NCBI GenBank assembly: GCA_024626585.2
Contig: JANKJI020000002.1
Location: forward strand, 17,414,630 to 17,437,070
DNA length: 22,441 bases
Reading direction: 5' to 3'
Source: Ginkgo biloba
Taxonomy: Eukaryota > Plantae > Ginkgophyta
Shown here: one piece after another, positions 1 through 10,640 of the stretch
Layout: each line of letters starts with the position of its first letter
How positions within the stretch are numbered: position 1 is the first letter of the stretch
Notes under the pieces: model-generated
Seen by the model: only the letters and a program-made list of their open reading frames with translations
Databases searched by the model: none
What the model was told of the DNA's origin: nothing
Position numbers and translations under genes: made by a program

Positions 1-1047
1 ATCCACTCCTTAAAGTTTCCCTTACCACCTCAACAAGAGGGTAATCAATTACGTAAATATGATGCCCATCCACCACCTCAATATCTCTAAAAGGGATAGA
101 GCATCCATGGATGGAATTGAAACCATACCATAGGATGAGGAATGGTAAGTTATGGTAATGATAAAATTGTTAAGGGATGAGTATTATAACATTTTTCATC
201 TCTATGAACATCGAGAATGCTAATTCATAAGGCCAAATGATCTTTATCTGACATACCCATTTAGTTTTGTAAGAAAATAAATATTTGATTACACCACTAC
301 TTGTAGATTTGGAACTTGATATAAAATATATTTTTTATTATGGGCCAATGATTTAATGTGTTTAGAATGTATCTCTAGTATATAGAGTATTGGATCCTCT
401 ATAGTAAGGTCTAGCTTATGTTTATCANNNNNNNNNNNNNNNNNNNNNCCTATTTCTCTGGAGATACAACCTATACCCCAATCACTGATTAATAATCCAT
501 TAGTAGTGATGAGAAATAAAAATGTTATATCAAAAGGGCTTGAACTAGCACTAATATGAGAAGTTATTTATATAATTTTGGTTACTAAATTAGTAAATTC
601 TATTTATATACACACTATAACTTCTACCTCCCATGCTAAATAATAGTTATTGAGGGCTCTAACCATACCAAAATCAATGTTGTCTTATTCACTATGGGAA
701 AATCTAATCTATTTATGGGTGAACATATCTATATAAAAACTATTAAATTTGGTATCCTCTTATGGTGTATAATTATAATTGACTATGAGTTAGCACANNN
801 NNNNNNNNNNNTGTACTAGTGTATATCTAAGAGCCTTCTTAATGACATACATTATCACATAATATATTGTCTAAGAAGTTCTTATGGATTATGAATCATT
901 AAAAAATATTTTTTTGATTTGTATTATAGATCAATTTAGATTGACAATAATATATCCATTTCCAATAACTTTACCTACAATTGATTTGAGATAGGTCTCC
1001 TTAAAAGGGGTGGTGAAGCTAGTGGAGGTAGATGTCATAGGGGTGTT
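1..1047 (+). pseudogene. gag C-terminus / aspartic protease remnant of element A
   Basis: 721-795 translates EHIYIKTIKFGILLWCIIIIDYELA (cf. PLYI...LIDxGSA protease site). 968-1045 gives TLPTIDLR*VSLKGVVKLVEVDVIGV (cf. post-active-site GxxxxVxVxV). A P/Q-rich stretch at 1-90 resembles a gag tail. Very degenerate. Confidence 0.45.
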
Positions 1048-1734
1048 NNNNNNNNNNNNNNNNNNNNNNNNNNNNNNNNNNNNNNNNNNNNNNNNNNNNN
1101 NNNNNNNNNNNNNNNNNNNNNNNNNNNNNNNNNNNNNNNNNNNNNNNNNNNNNNNNNNNNNNNNNNNNNNNNNNNNNNNNNNNNNNNNNNNNNNNNNNNN
1201 NNNNNNNNNNNNNNNNNNNNNNNNNNNNNNNNNNNNNNNNNNNNNNNNNNNNNNNNNNNNNNNNNNNNNNNNNNNNNNNNNNNNNNNNNNNNNNNNNNNN
1301 NNNNNNNNNNNNNNNNNNNNNNNNNNNNNNNNNNNNNNNNNNNNNNNNNNNNNNNNNNNNNNNNNNNNNNNNNNNNNNNNNNNNNNNNNNNNNNNNNNNN
1401 NNNNNNNNNNNNNNNNNNNNNNNNNNNNNNNNNNNNNNNNNNNNNNNNNNNNNNNNNNNNNNNNNNNNNNNNNNNNNNNNNNNNNNNNNNNNNNNNNNNN
1501 NNNNNNNNNNNNNNNNNNNNNNNNNNNNNNNNNNNNNNNNNNNNNNNNNNNNNNNNNNNNNNNNNNNNNNNNNNNNNNNNNNNNNNNNNNNNNNNNNNNN
1601 NNNNNNNNNNNNNNNNNNNNNNNNNNNNNNNNNNNNNNNNNNNNNNNNNNNNNNNNNNNNNNNNNNNNNNNNNNNNNNNNNNNNNNNNNNNNNNNNNNNN
1701 NNNNNNNNNNNNNNNNNNNNNNNNNNNNNNNNNN
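1048..1734. other. Assembly gap (687 N), the largest of many
   Basis: Run of N. Exact 100-N gaps start at 3222, 5280, 6705, 7807, 10060, 11428, 12850, 14352, 15682, 16886 and 18129; 10-N gaps start at 5914, 8992, 12480 and 16521. Confidence 0.99.
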
Positions 1735-1802
1735 AGGTGACCTTAATATGAAACTTCCTAATAATATACACTTTACCAATGTAACAAATGCAAAGGGGTT
1801 TA

Positions 1803-3030
1803 GTACCTAAGGTTCATATCCTAGTGAAAGATGAGATCAATAAATTATTAGAATCCAAATTCATATTTAAAGTTAAATATTATCAATGGGTGTCTTCCAT
1901 TATTCCAATTACTAAGAATAATGGTAAGATTTAGGTATACATTANNNNNNNNNNNNNNNNGATACATTAAAGGACAATTTACCTTACTATTTATTAATGA
2001 GGTGATCGATTAGATAGAAATTAAAGAGGTATAATCCTTTATGGATGGTTATTTAAGGTCTAATTACATTAGGATTGACTTGGTGATATACTTAGGAATA
2101 AATTTATATCTCTATATGAGACTTTTGTATAGTGGGTCATGCCATTTAGCCTTATTAGTTATTTGGTGGCATTCCAAATAATAATATAGGACACTTTCAA
2201 ATGAATGTTAGAAAAGACAATGGGTGTCTATCTAGATGACTATTCATTCAACTCCCATAAGAGATAGGGTCATATTACTAATTTAAGGCATTTCCTTAAA
2301 TATTTTCAATAATAACTATTTGTATTCAACCACCAAAAGGTATCCTCTATGTAACTAAGGATAAGATGAATAATTTATATTATTTTAGTGGAAGGTGTGG
2401 TACTATACCCAGAAGTGGTTAAGGTAATAGTTTCTCTACTATAGCCTAATAATATATTAGGATTTCATTCATTATTAAAAACATTTAGGTACTACAAAAA
2501 ATTAATTTTGATTTATGTTATCATATCCATACTAATGAATAACATTCTAAATAAATAAGTTAAGTTTTAATGGAATGGGATATTTCAAGTGGTGTTAGAA
2601 AATATTAAAGTATTACTAATTTAGTTGCTAGTTCTTGATGCCCCAGATTAGTCTAAAAAATTTCCATTACTCATACATGTTGGTGTTAAAGTAATTTTGA
2701 TAATTCTACTAGAATCAAATGATCAAGGATGAGAGAAACTAGTATACTATGTGGGGAGGAAATATTAAGACTTGAAATCTTGATATTTACCAACTTGAAA
2801 GGAGGTCCTAAATCTAATATATGATATAGGAAATATGTAGAGATTCCTATTTTATAATCATCTTAAGTGGTTTATAGATATGAATCCTTTGAGATCATCC
2901 ATGAATGAAGTTAGGCTATAGGGGAAATCCACTAAATTGAATCTTATCCTTTATGAGTTTAATTCTAAGATAGTGATAAAGGTGAATTATGGGCATAGGA
3001 TAGATAAGGTATTTATTGATTTTATCACTA
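1803..3030 (+). pseudogene. pol: Gypsy reverse transcriptase + RNase H remnant
   Basis: RT: VKDEINKLLESKFIFKVKYYQWVSSIIPITKNNGKI*VYI (1824-1943), KDN/PLLFINEVID (~1970-2010), SFMDGYLRSNYIRI (2035-2076), VMPFSL (2136-2153), MGVYLDD (2220-2240). Connection and RNase H: VLDAPD*SKKFPL (~2630-2670), EKLVYYVGR (~2733-2759), L*GKSTKLNLILYEFN (~2916-2963). Many stops and frameshifts. Confidence 0.93.
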
Positions 3031-3074
3031 ATAATATAACATTTACAAAGTTAGTCATCCTTAAATATGTCTAC

Positions 3075-3601
3075 TTTCCTAATGTGTAGTTCTATAGGAG
3101 CACCGAATTTTCTATAATAATAAAGTATGATTTCTCACCATGCAAACTTCCCCTGAAGGATCCACCAAGAAAGAAATATAAATAATTAATATTCATGGTG
3201 GTAATTATATATGGATAGAAGNNNNNNNNNNNNNNNNNNNNNNNNNNNNNNNNNNNNNNNNNNNNNNNNNNNNNNNNNNNNNNNNNNNNNNNNNNNNNNN
3301 NNNNNNNNNNNNNNNNNNNNNGGATCATTTAATGGATTTATAATATTTATATGATTAGTAGGCACAATGATACTGATGGTTTGAAAAGAATACTAATCAA
3401 TGGAAGTTTAGAAAAGTTGACTTGGTCTAGATGTGGGATAAGGTGAATAAGAAATACTTTAAGAAGTTTGATTCACTATGGTTGGGTTGTTATTATATAT
3501 TCAAATATTTTTGTAATGGATCCTTTTCCCTACTAACTTTGCATTGTTAGTAGCTACTATATCCATTTAATAGGGAGATGTTGAAGTATTATGTTACCTA
3601 A
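3075..3601 (+). pseudogene. pol: Gypsy integrase remnant (linker and C-terminal GPY/F module; core hidden in gap 3222-3321)
   Basis: An FP(D)...YNNKV*FLT-like linker precedes the gap. After it: WFEK...FRKVDLV*MWDK (3407-3442) and KKFDSLWLGCYYIFKYFCNGSFSLLTL...PFNREMLKYYVT* (3461-3601), matching KFxxxWxGPYxIxxxxxNGSYxL...PxNGxxLKxY. Confidence 0.87.
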
Positions 3602-4230
3602 TTATGGTTATCGATAATATAAGGTCATTCTATGTACATGTGTATATAAATATGTAGGAGACTAATCTATAAATGGGTAATGAACTTAGTTGAGAATTTG
3701 GGTTAACTTGGTAATTATGAATGACTCTACCCACCATAGTTCCTTTTACTAACTATAAATGAACCATAGATTTCTTGACCTTATTATAATATCCATAAGA
3801 AAAAAATAATTATTAGCAATATTATTTAGATTCATGCCAAAACTCTATGATATTAACATATGTTAGAGACTCATGAAAGAGAGAAACAAGGAATAATTTC
3901 TATAAAGAAAAAGAGAGCAGGTAGCTAGCACCCCTTATCACTATAATGTTACATGATGTAAGGAGGTGAAGCATTGGTTATTGAATGATCAATTAAGTAA
4001 TTTAGGAGAAATAAGTATGTAAAATAAGGAGGTATTATAATTAATAAGGTTATTATAATAAATATATAAGTTGCACCTAATATTGAGTCATCCCCTTTTG
4101 TTCTGTAGATGTTGATCCAAAATTCATCTTAAGGAATATTAGGAATTATTTTAAGTCTACTCAACACAATAATTAATCTACCCAAAGGAATTCTATCCTA
4201 GATAATAAGTGCCTTCTCGTTCTTAATATT

Positions 4231-5279
4231 GAGAACCAATTGGTATAAGGAAAGTATTCCCTTCCATATTTAAGCACTTTTGATGAGCCAAGAAATTATG
4301 GAATCTAAGGGATATTCCTTCCCTTCACTTTTTGAGTCACTCAGGATCACTAATAATCGTAGAAGCTATTGACAAGACTAGTAGCTAATTGATGTAAGGT
4401 ATATATTCCCTTTCCTAATTTACCACTTCACATAGGTTAAGGAATCAAGGAATATAAGGCATATTCACTATTTTATCTAGTTAAATCACTTAGGATTAAT
4501 ATGATTCAAGGAAGTTATTAACAAGATTTATAGTCAATTGATAAAAATAGCATATTACCTTCCCTAGTTGATCACTTATTAAAATCTAATTAATCATGGA
4601 ATCTAAGGTGAGTTACTACCATACCCTAATTGAGTTGTATAAGATCACTAAGGACTAAGGAATCTATTGATAATATCACCATCTAATCTAAAGAATCATA
4701 TACTCTCTTCCATGTTTGATCACATCTAATAGCCTAAGGAATTATGGAATGAGGTATATTCCTTCCCTTATTTGATTAAGTTACCTAGGCTCAATGGGGA
4801 TGGGGGAAGCTATTAATAATACTGTTATATAATTGATAAAAGGAATGTATTCACTTTCTTAGTTGAGATATTATTATAGGCCAAGGAATTAAGGAATTTG
4901 AGGTATATTCCTTGCCTTCCCTTTGAGTCACCTAATATCACTAAGGACTAGGGAAGCTGTTAAAAATATTTCCAACCAATTAGCAAAATTAACATATTCC
5001 CTTCCCTTGTTAAGAAGTTCTTATAGGATGAGGAATATAAGGTATTCTTTTTCTCCCTATTTGAATTACTTAGGATCACCAAGGATGAAGAAATTTATTA
5101 ACAAGATTGATAACTAGTTGGTATAAGGCATTTATTCCCTTAGTCAAGAAATTCCTATAGGTTAAGGAATTAGGGAATATATGGTATATTATTTTCCTTC
5201 CCCAACTAAGATAACCAATCTTACTAGGGATAAGGGAATATATTTATAGGAATTCCAACTAGTTAGAAAAATGAGAGTA
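4231..5279. repeat. Degenerate tandem array, ~147-149 bp unit, about 7 copies, truncated by a gap
   Basis: A GAAGCTATT-like anchor recurs at 4362, 4511, 4660, 4806, 4953, 5091 and 5236 (spacings 149, 149, 146, 147, 138, 145), with the rest of the unit alignable by eye. Confidence 0.92.
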
Positions 5280-6811
5280 NNNNNNNNNNNNNNNNNNNNN
5301 NNNNNNNNNNNNNNNNNNNNNNNNNNNNNNNNNNNNNNNNNNNNNNNNNNNNNNNNNNNNNNNNNNNNNNNNNNNNNNNGACATAGTGGTGGTTAGAAAA
5401 ATATATTCAGAGATGAAGGGCATAATGTTATTAATGGATTACACCATCAGTATGAGGTCATCCTAAGATCGATCGCAACAAACTTAGTTTTTCATGTGTG
5501 TATCCATATGGATAACGTATCACCTAATGATGTGTCACTTTAGCATCACATCCACTTAGGAACTAAGTGCCTCTATCAAGTTATATGAACTTGTGCTATT
5601 ATAATCTCAGGTTAAGATCATAATTACATAATCTAAACCATGAGAAGAGCATGGGAAATAGACCCATGAGGGAGAGAGATAGCAGATGGAAGTGCACAAT
5701 AGCATGTGCTTCATGAAGAAGAAGAAAATTGTTGTCCAAGGATAGTACTTAGAATAAGAGAGAAGAATGGAGGGAGTTGGATGAATATTAGAGAAGGATT
5801 TTGAGGACACACATGAGCAATATCTCATGCAAAAGTTTTGCAACTTAGGGAGGATGATGAAGGGGAATCACCATGATTTTTCTAAGTTACAATCTTTGAA
5901 GAAATTTTGGAGGNNNNNNNNNNAGTTGGTGGAGGAATCTTAGGCAAACTAATGAAGGGTAAAATGGAAGAGAAGGGGAGAAAAATGAATTTCTATATGA
6001 AGTGACAAACTAACAAGTGAAATATACGACTAGAATGGGATCATAAAATCATTTACAACTATTGAAAAAAAATTGGTGAACAGGCATGGGAAGGCCAATG
6101 AACCACAATAAATGAACAATTTCATTCATAGAAAGGTAGTCTACCATTTTCCAACAATGAAGGAAAAATAATTCTTAGTACCATTCATTGAATGACTCAT
6201 ACTATTTGACAAATGAGTAAAGGGTTGTGATGAAAAAATAAAAAATTAAAAGGGGACTATGGGAGAATTTATGATGAGTTAGTGACCTCTGTACTGGATT
6301 TTAAAGCACCTTCAATATGTCCTTAATAGAATTAAATATCATAAAAAATAATTTTAATGGAGAAATGGTTGGTAAGTATTTTAAGAAGGAGAATGAATGG
6401 TGGTAGGTGCAGAGGAAACCATCGAAAGACTTGGATAGAGCATGAAAAAATAACCCAATTTTATATGGTGAAGGTGGGAAAAAGGAAGAGAATAATATGT
6501 ATGCATAGAGGAGTAAATATCTATAAGGAAGGAGAAGGATTAGTAGGCCCTAAGGGAAGCCATTAGAAGGAAATAGAATTCACCAAGAGTGATGCAAAGG
6601 TCAAAGAGGCTGATTGAGAAAAGAAGGGGAGTAGACTAAAGGGTAAAGAGAAGGAGAAAAGAGGAGGACAAAATTGGAGAAAAGAGGAGAGCAAGAAAAG
6701 GAGGNNNNNNNNNNNNNNNNNNNNNNNNNNNNNNNNNNNNNNNNNNNNNNNNNNNNNNNNNNNNNNNNNNNNNNNNNNNNNNNNNNNNNNNNNNNNNNNN
6801 NNNNGACTCTT

Positions 6812-7310
6812 AGGGGGACTTATGACCTTATGGAATTATTTTTTTATGAGGATTTATTTATTGGTCCTATAAGTTAATCAAGAGTTTTTTCTTACTATAG
6901 GATTTATCCTACATGGTATAATATCGACCATCTATATTTATATAGGGACTCTGTGCATGGATCAAGTCCTTACTTAGATGGATGGTTATAGGGACTTAGT
7001 GACTAAGAGACTCATTATATGGATAGAAATTATTCATGTACATGAATGGTTATATGATCTTATTTATACATGTGTATTACACCATTTTTATATATGGATG
7101 GTATATTTAAGAGAGAATTAGATATTGAATTCATATATTTTATATTTTATGTTCTCAAAGATGCCTAATATAATCTCTTTTCTATCCAAAATCTACTTCT
7201 AATTTCTTTTTCTTCCATACACTCTCTTACACCAATTTGTTTACATGTGCATATGATTTACTTTGAGTTTCTAAAGAGTGTAAGTCCAAATTAAATTTGT
7301 GTAGGTTACA
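6812..7310 (+). repeat. Polypurine tract + putative 3' LTR (~490 bp) of element A
   Basis: AGGGGGACT (6812-6820) is followed by TATGACCT (probably decayed TGTGACCT). The putative end AGGTTACA (7303-7310) has reverse complement TGTAACCT, a 6/8 match. TATA-like TATATTTATATAG at ~6933. The same GGGGGACT|TGT junction style occurs in element F. No second LTR is available for comparison. Confidence 0.55.
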
Positions 7311-7323
7311 AGGGTCATTATTA

Positions 7324-7377
7324 GAATCCTACATGTGAAAAGCCACAATTTATGTGTTGAATTCTACATGTGAAAAG
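7324..7377. repeat. 19-bp direct repeat, 35-bp spacing
   Basis: GAATCCTACATGTGAAAAG (7324-7342) and GAATTCTACATGTGAAAAG (7359-7377), one mismatch. Confidence 0.85.
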
Positions 7378-7906
7378 AAGAATAATTATAAATTTTCTAG
7401 ACACAAGAAAAATCACAACACAAGGAAAACTTACAATGATGAAGTTTAGAAAATATGTCATATAGTTTAATGAAGCTATTATGCCATTAATAAAATATGC
7501 ATAATTTGCTATAAATTATATTCCTTTTTTTTTTAAATTTATTTTTTTAGAGTATAATATGGAGAATAGATTTTCTCCCCCCAACTCAGTTGGAATGACT
7601 AGACCAAATAGTTAGGAAGTAAAGGGCTACTCCCTGGAGTACCTCAAACATGTGAGCATGTGTGTGTAAAGGGTGTTTCATGTATGCCAGTGAAAAAGTG
7701 GAATCTACTGTGAATAAGTAAATAAATAAGTAAGACCCCCCTTCTTCATTAATTGCATGTCTAAAAATAAAGTATGAAGGTGAATTCCCCTACCCATTTG
7801 TTCCTTNNNNNNNNNNNNNNNNNNNNNNNNNNNNNNNNNNNNNNNNNNNNNNNNNNNNNNNNNNNNNNNNNNNNNNNNNNNNNNNNNNNNNNNNNNNNNN
7901 NNNNNN

Positions 7907-8157
7907 CAGACTTGGGGTGAAGACCAATGAAGTAAACATTAAGGGGGAGTGTTGGAATAATTAATGTTATATAATTGTACCTCTTATATTTATTAATGTC
8001 CCATGTAATTATTATATAATTATGTTATAATTAGTGACTAATCATAAATTCCAAAATAAGTTATGAGGTTGGTTGTTATTGTGGAATCTATTTATAGACC
8101 CCATACCTATTGTACTATCATGAAATTATATTGGAACAATTCCATTATACTACAACA
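7907..8157 (+). mobile_element. Ty1/Copia 3' end: pol tail, PPT and short LTR (7950-8157)
   Basis: RLGVKTNEVNIKGEC-type pol terminus; PPT AAGGGGGAG (7941-7949) directly followed by TGTTGG; TATA-like CTATTTATAG (~8088); candidate end TACAACA (8151-8157), giving TGTTG...CAACA termini. Confidence 0.75.
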
Positions 8158-8219
8158 CTCATATAATTTTTAAAAACCTTGCGGTAAACCAATTCTACCT
8201 AAGAAAATATTGTTGTACT

Positions 8220-9370
8220 ATGTTCTTCAGTTGTGATAACTCAAAATCTATCCATGATCCTATTTTCTCACTAAGAAACATAATGAATAATGTAGAGGAG
8301 CTAATGGTAATGTTGAGTGTTATTTTAAATGGTGTGTTAAATGGAAAGTATCAGGCTATAATCATTATACCTAAGATCTTGAAGGTATGGATGTCCTTAC
8401 TTTAATTTTATCTAAGAAACTAATGAAATCATATGAACTTCATTATGAGGAATCATGGAAACAATCTATCCCTAAAATAATAATTAAGGTAAAGAAGTTA
8501 TGAAACATTTCTTTCTCAAGGTTAAATAGATTGTCTAATTGGATGAAAGAAGGATTGGATTCTTCTCATCTCAAGATAGTTAATAAGATTTTAGAGTTAT
8601 AGAAAAATTACAAAAATACTCTTGATATATATGAAGTTAATAAGGAGTGTATCATGAAAATAAATTAATTCATCTTATCCTTAATCAAGTAATTTAAAGT
8701 ACTTCAACCTACACTGATTACTACATCCTCTACTTTAATATCTAGTTTTGAATTAGAGTTTGTGTAGTTACCTCCATATGTTAATATAGTGGTGTATTAT
8801 GGAAATCATGATTCAAGAGTAGTTATCCAAAAGAATTAGTTTTGTAAAGAAGAGTGGTGCATGATGGTTTATATTGTTTTATCAACTTGGAATGTGGTCA
8901 CTATAAAACCACTAGGTGTACTAATTGGCTTGACACAAAAACAAAGCTAGGATTCAAGTCATTTCAAGTCTTTTTATATGATGTGTGAGAANNNNNNNNN
9001 NTGTTCCCTTTACTATTATGCAATACTTGAAATTGTTATTGAGTGGAAAGAACCCAAATCCTAGATGAAGGTAAACTAGATGATGCTAGATGGATTCAAA
9101 TATGCTCCAAGATATAAAAAAAACTTATGCCAGGAAAATTATAATTTTCAACAAAAGAGAAGTTCCTAATTGAGGAAATCCTTTCCATTGATTTTTTTTA
9201 AACACAAACCTATGAAAGAAATGGTCCATTCTTGATAATCATTAAATTTTTTAATAAGATGGATGGACCTTCAAATAGTAGGGAATGTCAATCATTTAAA
9301 GGATATATATAAATTTCATTTGTAATGCATATACGAAGGTTTCAAATAAATATGAGAAATTTCTATCAGA
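8220..9370 (+). pseudogene. Heavily decayed LINE ORF2 remnant (RT C-terminal half to RNase H)
   Basis: HDPIF (8253, cf. DDTxF) followed by NVEELMVML. WKQSIPKIIIKVKKL*NISFSRLNRL (8456-8533) has the spacing of WxxxxxKIxxKLxxWxxxxLSxxGRL. RNase H-like motifs in order: WKEP..KVNxDDA (9044-9087), LQIVGN (9269-9286, cf. LxIEGD), HIRR..NKxxxFL (9328-9365). Internal deletions must be assumed. Confidence 0.5.
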
Positions 9371-10254
9371 CTCAGATATATTGGAGAAACTTTAAAAACT
9401 TAGAAAGGGGATATGGAATATTTTTATCTATGGTTCAAGTAAATAGTATGAAGAGATGTCATTGACATATATATAAGAGACTATTATAATACTATAATAT
9501 TACCTCATTCAAGAAAATATTTGAATTAGTATAGGATTATTCCATACAAATGTTAAGACTCACATTAAGTTTAAGAAGAAATAATATTAATGTATCAAAT
9601 ATCAAATCTACTATGAATATTTAAGAGTAAAAATTAGCAAGAAAGTAGTTATGATTAATAATGATAAAGAAATGGAGAGATACCAATGCATTAAATATAT
9701 TTGGGAATTTTTCTTGAGTATCATGTGATCATATCACTTCATTCACACCTATCAATGCCTCACTTTTAACACAATCATGACATTTTAAAATTTCCTATAA
9801 GAAAATAAGAAATTAAATCCTAACATTAGAAAATTAAAATATTCATTTATCCCCTTAAAAGAAAATAAATTGGTCACCTTAAATATATATGACCCTGATT
9901 TAAAGTTTTGGTCACTTAAAAAAAATGAGGTATGTGTTAAAAGAATAGTCAAATAATATTTGAACCAGAAACATAATGAAGATCAAATTTATAATATTGA
10001 AATTATTGCTAATGATAAAGCTAAGAAGTATTAATAAGATATAAAATATGTTCAACATANNNNNNNNNNNNNNNNNNNNNNNNNNNNNNNNNNNNNNNNN
10101 NNNNNNNNNNNNNNNNNNNNNNNNNNNNNNNNNNNNNNNNNNNNNNNNNNNNNNNNNNNCCCCTTAATATGCTTCACCCTTGAAGCGTAGGTCTCTAAGG
10201 TTTGTATGTATTGTTACAACCATAATCCTTCCACTTAGTGACCATGGATATTCT

Positions 10255-10640
10255 ATTAGGGTCATACATCTTCCATTATGAATAAATGCCCATTTTTTAT
10301 CCTTTCTTTCTACTACAACTTGGGCTTTATATTTCTTAAGTTCCTTAACTTTTAAATAAGTAAGGTCTTCATCAAGATAGACTTTTTCAGGAAGCATGAA
10401 TAGTTTTTTTTTTTTACTCTAATTATTTGAAGACTATCTTTAGTGGACTAAAATCATATGATCAAGGTAGAATCATGAGTGACCCAAGATTTTTCCAAAT
10501 ATATGTTTAATAGATGTAAATTATTATGTACAAATATGGTACCAACATCCACTAGGATTTATAGGTTAGAAATACCAAACTCGAAGGTTGAGGATATTAT
10601 ATTGTTGGTCCCTCTCTTCGTTAAATTTGATTTAAATAAA
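10255..10640 (-). pseudogene. LINE ORF1 remnant (RRM/C-terminal domain type)
   Basis: The minus strand reads EERDQQYNILNLRV (NLRV 10578-10589), LEKSWVTHDSTLII*F*STKDSLQIIRVKKK/LFMLPEKVYLDEDLT (VYLDEDLT 10359-10382) and KWAFIHNGR (10269-10295), matching the NLRxxG / IxRF / IxxxEDLT / WxxxNG series of LINE ORF1. Includes track ORF 10164..10397. Confidence 0.75.

Larger units (their letters stand above)
1..7310 (+). mobile_element. Decayed Ty3/Gypsy LTR retrotransposon, non-chromovirus (Athila/Tat-like); 5' end outside the window
   Basis: Domain order PROT-RT-RH-INT on +, integrase ends without a chromodomain, then a ~3.2 kb 3' region, a PPT-like tract and a putative LTR. Linkage across the 100-N gaps at 3222, 5280 and 6705 is assumed, not seen. 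Confidence 0.7.

Noticed and set aside
931-1810. Three 250-282 aa ORFs in the track, and other X-containing ORFs
   Set aside because: They are read-through of N gaps, not coding evidence.
4923-5117. 64-aa ORF within the array
   Set aside because: Unit lengths (149, 146, 145) do not preserve frame, so this is a chance ORF.
4231-5279. CRISPR-like or RT-associated prokaryotic array
   Set aside because: Whole units are homologous with no unique spacers, there are no cas genes, and the adjacent RT is an ordinary decayed Gypsy pol in eukaryotic DNA.
8220-8290. CDNSKSIHDPIF as the Copia RNase H CDNxSAI...NPVF motif
   Set aside because: The spacing is four residues short, no RTKHI follows, it lies downstream of the Copia LTR, and the LINE reading fits downstream motifs better.
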